This document shows positions 61,001 to 64,000 of a DNA stretch of 64,000 nucleotides, piece after piece (position 1 is the stretch's first letter; every line of letters begins with the position of its first letter). A model generated the notes under the pieces. The model did no database searches and was not told the DNA's origin. It saw nothing but the letters and a program-made list of their open reading frames with translations. Position numbers and translations under genes: made by a program. The DNA is taken from the NCBI GenBank assembly GCA_964016885.1, contig OZ024741.1, positions 384,710,001-384,774,000 of the forward strand, given 5' to 3'. This stretch comes from Eledone cirrhosa (Eukaryota).

Positions 61001-64000
61001 ATTGACCACTACAGTGACCACAGTATCAATGTATTGTCCACTACAGTGACCACAGTATCAATGTATTGTCCACTACAGTGACCACAGTATCAATGTATTG
61101 ACCACTACACTGACTACAGTATCAATGTATTGTCCACTACACTGACCACAGTATCAATATATTGACCACTACAGTGACCACAGTATCAATATATTGACCA
61201 CAACACTGACCACAGTATATATGTATTGACCACTACACTGACCACAGTATCAAGGTATTGTCCACTACACTGACCACAGTATCAATGTATTGTCCACTAC
61301 ACTGACCACAGTATCAATATATTGTCCACTACAGTGACAAGAGTATCAATGTATTGTCCACTACACTGACCACAGTATCAATATATTGTCCACTACACTG
61401 ACCACAGTATCAATATATTGTCCACTACAGTGACCACAGTATCAATGTATTGTCCACTACACTGACCACAGTATCAATATATTGTCCACTACACTGACCA
61501 CAGTATCAATATATTATCCACTACAGTGACCAGAGTATGAATGTATTGTCCACTACACTGACCACAGTATCAATGTATTGTCCACTACACTGACCATAGT
61601 ATCAATGTATTGTCCACTACAGTGTCCACAGTATCAATGTATTGTCCACTACACTGACCACAGTATCAATATATTGTCCACTACACTGACCACAGTATCA
61701 ATATATTGTCCACTACAGTGACCAGAGTATCAATGTATTGTCCACTACACTGACCACAGTATCAATGTATTGTCCACTACACTGACCATAGTATCAATGT
61801 ATTGTCCACTACAGTGACCACAGTGTCAATGTATTGTCCACTACAGTGACCACAGTATCAATGTATTGTCCACTACACTGACCATAGTATCAATGTATTG
61901 TCCAATACAGTGACCACAGTATCAATGTATTGTCCACTACACTGACCACAGTATCAATGTATTGTCCACTACACTGACCACAGTATCAATGTATTGTCCA
62001 CTACAGTGACCACAGTATCAATGTATTGTCCACTACACTGACCACAGTATCAATGTATTGTCCACTACAGTGACCACAGTATCAATATATTGTCCACTAC
62101 ACTGACCACAGTATCAATGTATTGACCACTACACTGACCACAGTATCAATGTATTGTCCACTACACTGACGACATTATCAATGTATTGTCCACTACACTG
62201 ACCACAGTATCAATGTATTGTCCACTGCAGTGACCACAGTATCAATGTATTGTCCACTACACTGACCAGAGTATCAATGTATTGTCCACTACAGTGACCA
62301 CAGTATCAATGTATTGTCCACTACACTGACCACAGTATTAATGTATTGAAACTACAGTGACCACAGTATCAATGTATTGTCCACTACAGTGACCACAGTA
62401 TCAATGTATTGTCCACTACTGTGACCACAGTATCAATGTATTGTCCACTACACTGACCACGGTATCAATGTATTGATCACTACAGTGACCACAGTATCAA
62501 TGTATTGTCCACTACAGTGACCACAGTATCAATGTATTGTCCACTACAGTGACCACAGTATCACTGTATTGTCCACTACAGTGACCACAGTATCAATGTA
62601 TTGTCCACTACAGTGACCACAGTATCAATGTATTGTCCACTACAGTGACCACAGTATCAATGTATTGTCCACTACAGTGACCACAGTATCAATGTATTGT
62701 CCATCACACTGACCACAGTATCAATGTATTGTCCACTACAGTGACCACAGTATCAATGTATTCTCCATTACACTGACCACATTATCAATGTATTGACCAC
62801 TACAGTGACCACAGTATCAATGTATTGTCCACTACAGTGACCACAGTATCAATGTATTGTCCATTACACTGACCACTGTATCAATGTATTGACCACTACA
62901 GTGACTACAGTATCAATGTATTGACCACTACAGTGACCACAGTATCAATGTATTGACCACTACAGTGACCACAGTATCAATGTATTGTCCACTACACTGA
63001 CCACAGTATCAATATATTGTCCACTACACTGACCACAGTATCAATATATTATCCACTACAGTGACCAGAGTATCAATGTATTGTCCACTACACTGACCAC
63101 AGTATCAATGTATTGTCCACTACACTGACCATAGTATCAATGTATTGTCCACTACAGTGACCACAGTATCAATGTATTGTCCACTACACTGACCATAGTA
63201 TCAATATATTGTCCACTACACTGACCACAGTATCAATATATTGTCCACTACAGTGACCAGAGTATCAATGTATTGTCCACTACACTGACCATAGTATTAA
63301 TGTATTGTCCACTACAGTGACCACAGTATCAATGTATTGTCCATCACAATGACCACAGTATCAATGTATTGTCCACTACAGTGACCACAGTATCAATGTA
63401 TTGTCCATTACACTGACCACTGTATCAATGTATTGTCCACTACAGTGACCACAGTATCAATGTATTGTCCACTACAGTGACCACAGTATCAATGTATTGT
63501 CCACTACAGTGACCACAGTATCAATGTATTGACCACTACACTGACTACAGTATCAATGTATTGTCCACTACACTGACCACAGTATCAACATATTGACCAC
63601 TACAGTGACCACAGTATCAATATATTGACCACAACACTGACCACAGTATATATGTATTGACCACTACACTGACCACAGTATCAATGTATTGTCCACTACA
63701 CTGACCACAATATCAATGTATTGTCCACTACACTGCCCACAGTATCAATATATTGTCCACTACAGTGACAAGAGTATCAATGTATTGTCCACTACACTGA
63801 CCACAGTATCAATATATTGTCCACTACACTGACCACAGTATCAATATATTGTCCACTACAGTGACCACAGTATCAATGTATTGTCCACTACACTGACCAC
63901 AGTATCAATATATTGTCCACTACACTGACCACAGTATCAATATATTATCCACTACAGTGACCAGAGTATCAATGTATTGTCCACTACACTGACCATAGTA
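22023..64000. repeat. 32-bp satellite array, ~1310 copies; consensus gaccacagtatcaatgtattg(t/a)ccactaca(c/g)t; continues past the window end
   Basis: Monomer starts at 22087 and 55815 are exactly 1054 x 32 apart; 55815 to 63991 is 256 x 32 - 16. Confidence 0.99.

Noticed and set aside
22023-64000. CRISPR array (32-bp repeat unit)
   Set aside because: Monomers are contiguous with no unique spacers, there are no cas genes, and the context is eukaryotic.
22023-64000. Repetitive protein-coding exon
   Set aside because: 32 is not a multiple of 3, and TGA (plus) and TAG/TGA (minus) occur in nearly every monomer, closing all frames about every 96 nt.

Overview
Repeat-dominated eukaryotic (animal) DNA with no intact protein-coding gene. 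The SINE and MITE types and microsatellite density suggest a cephalopod such as Octopus; this is inference from recall, not a database result. Bases 1-21 kb are a mosaic of microsatellites and nested transposon remnants: a probable non-autonomous Helitron, Penelope-like termini in (TA)n tracts, tRNA-headed SINEs, a ~0.6 kb RTE-derived non-autonomous element with a (TATG)n tail stacked head-to-tail, an RTE LINE fragment, a CRE-like endonuclease fragment inside an insert flanked by an 11-bp duplication, and a TTAA-flanked piggyBac-type MITE. At ~20982 a 20-bp minisatellite (~49 copies) begins and ends in a fold-back hairpin. From ~22023 to the window end runs a ~42 kb, 32-bp satellite (~1310 copies) with near-perfect length conservation and nested block duplications. 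Most supplied ORFs are microsatellite artefacts.
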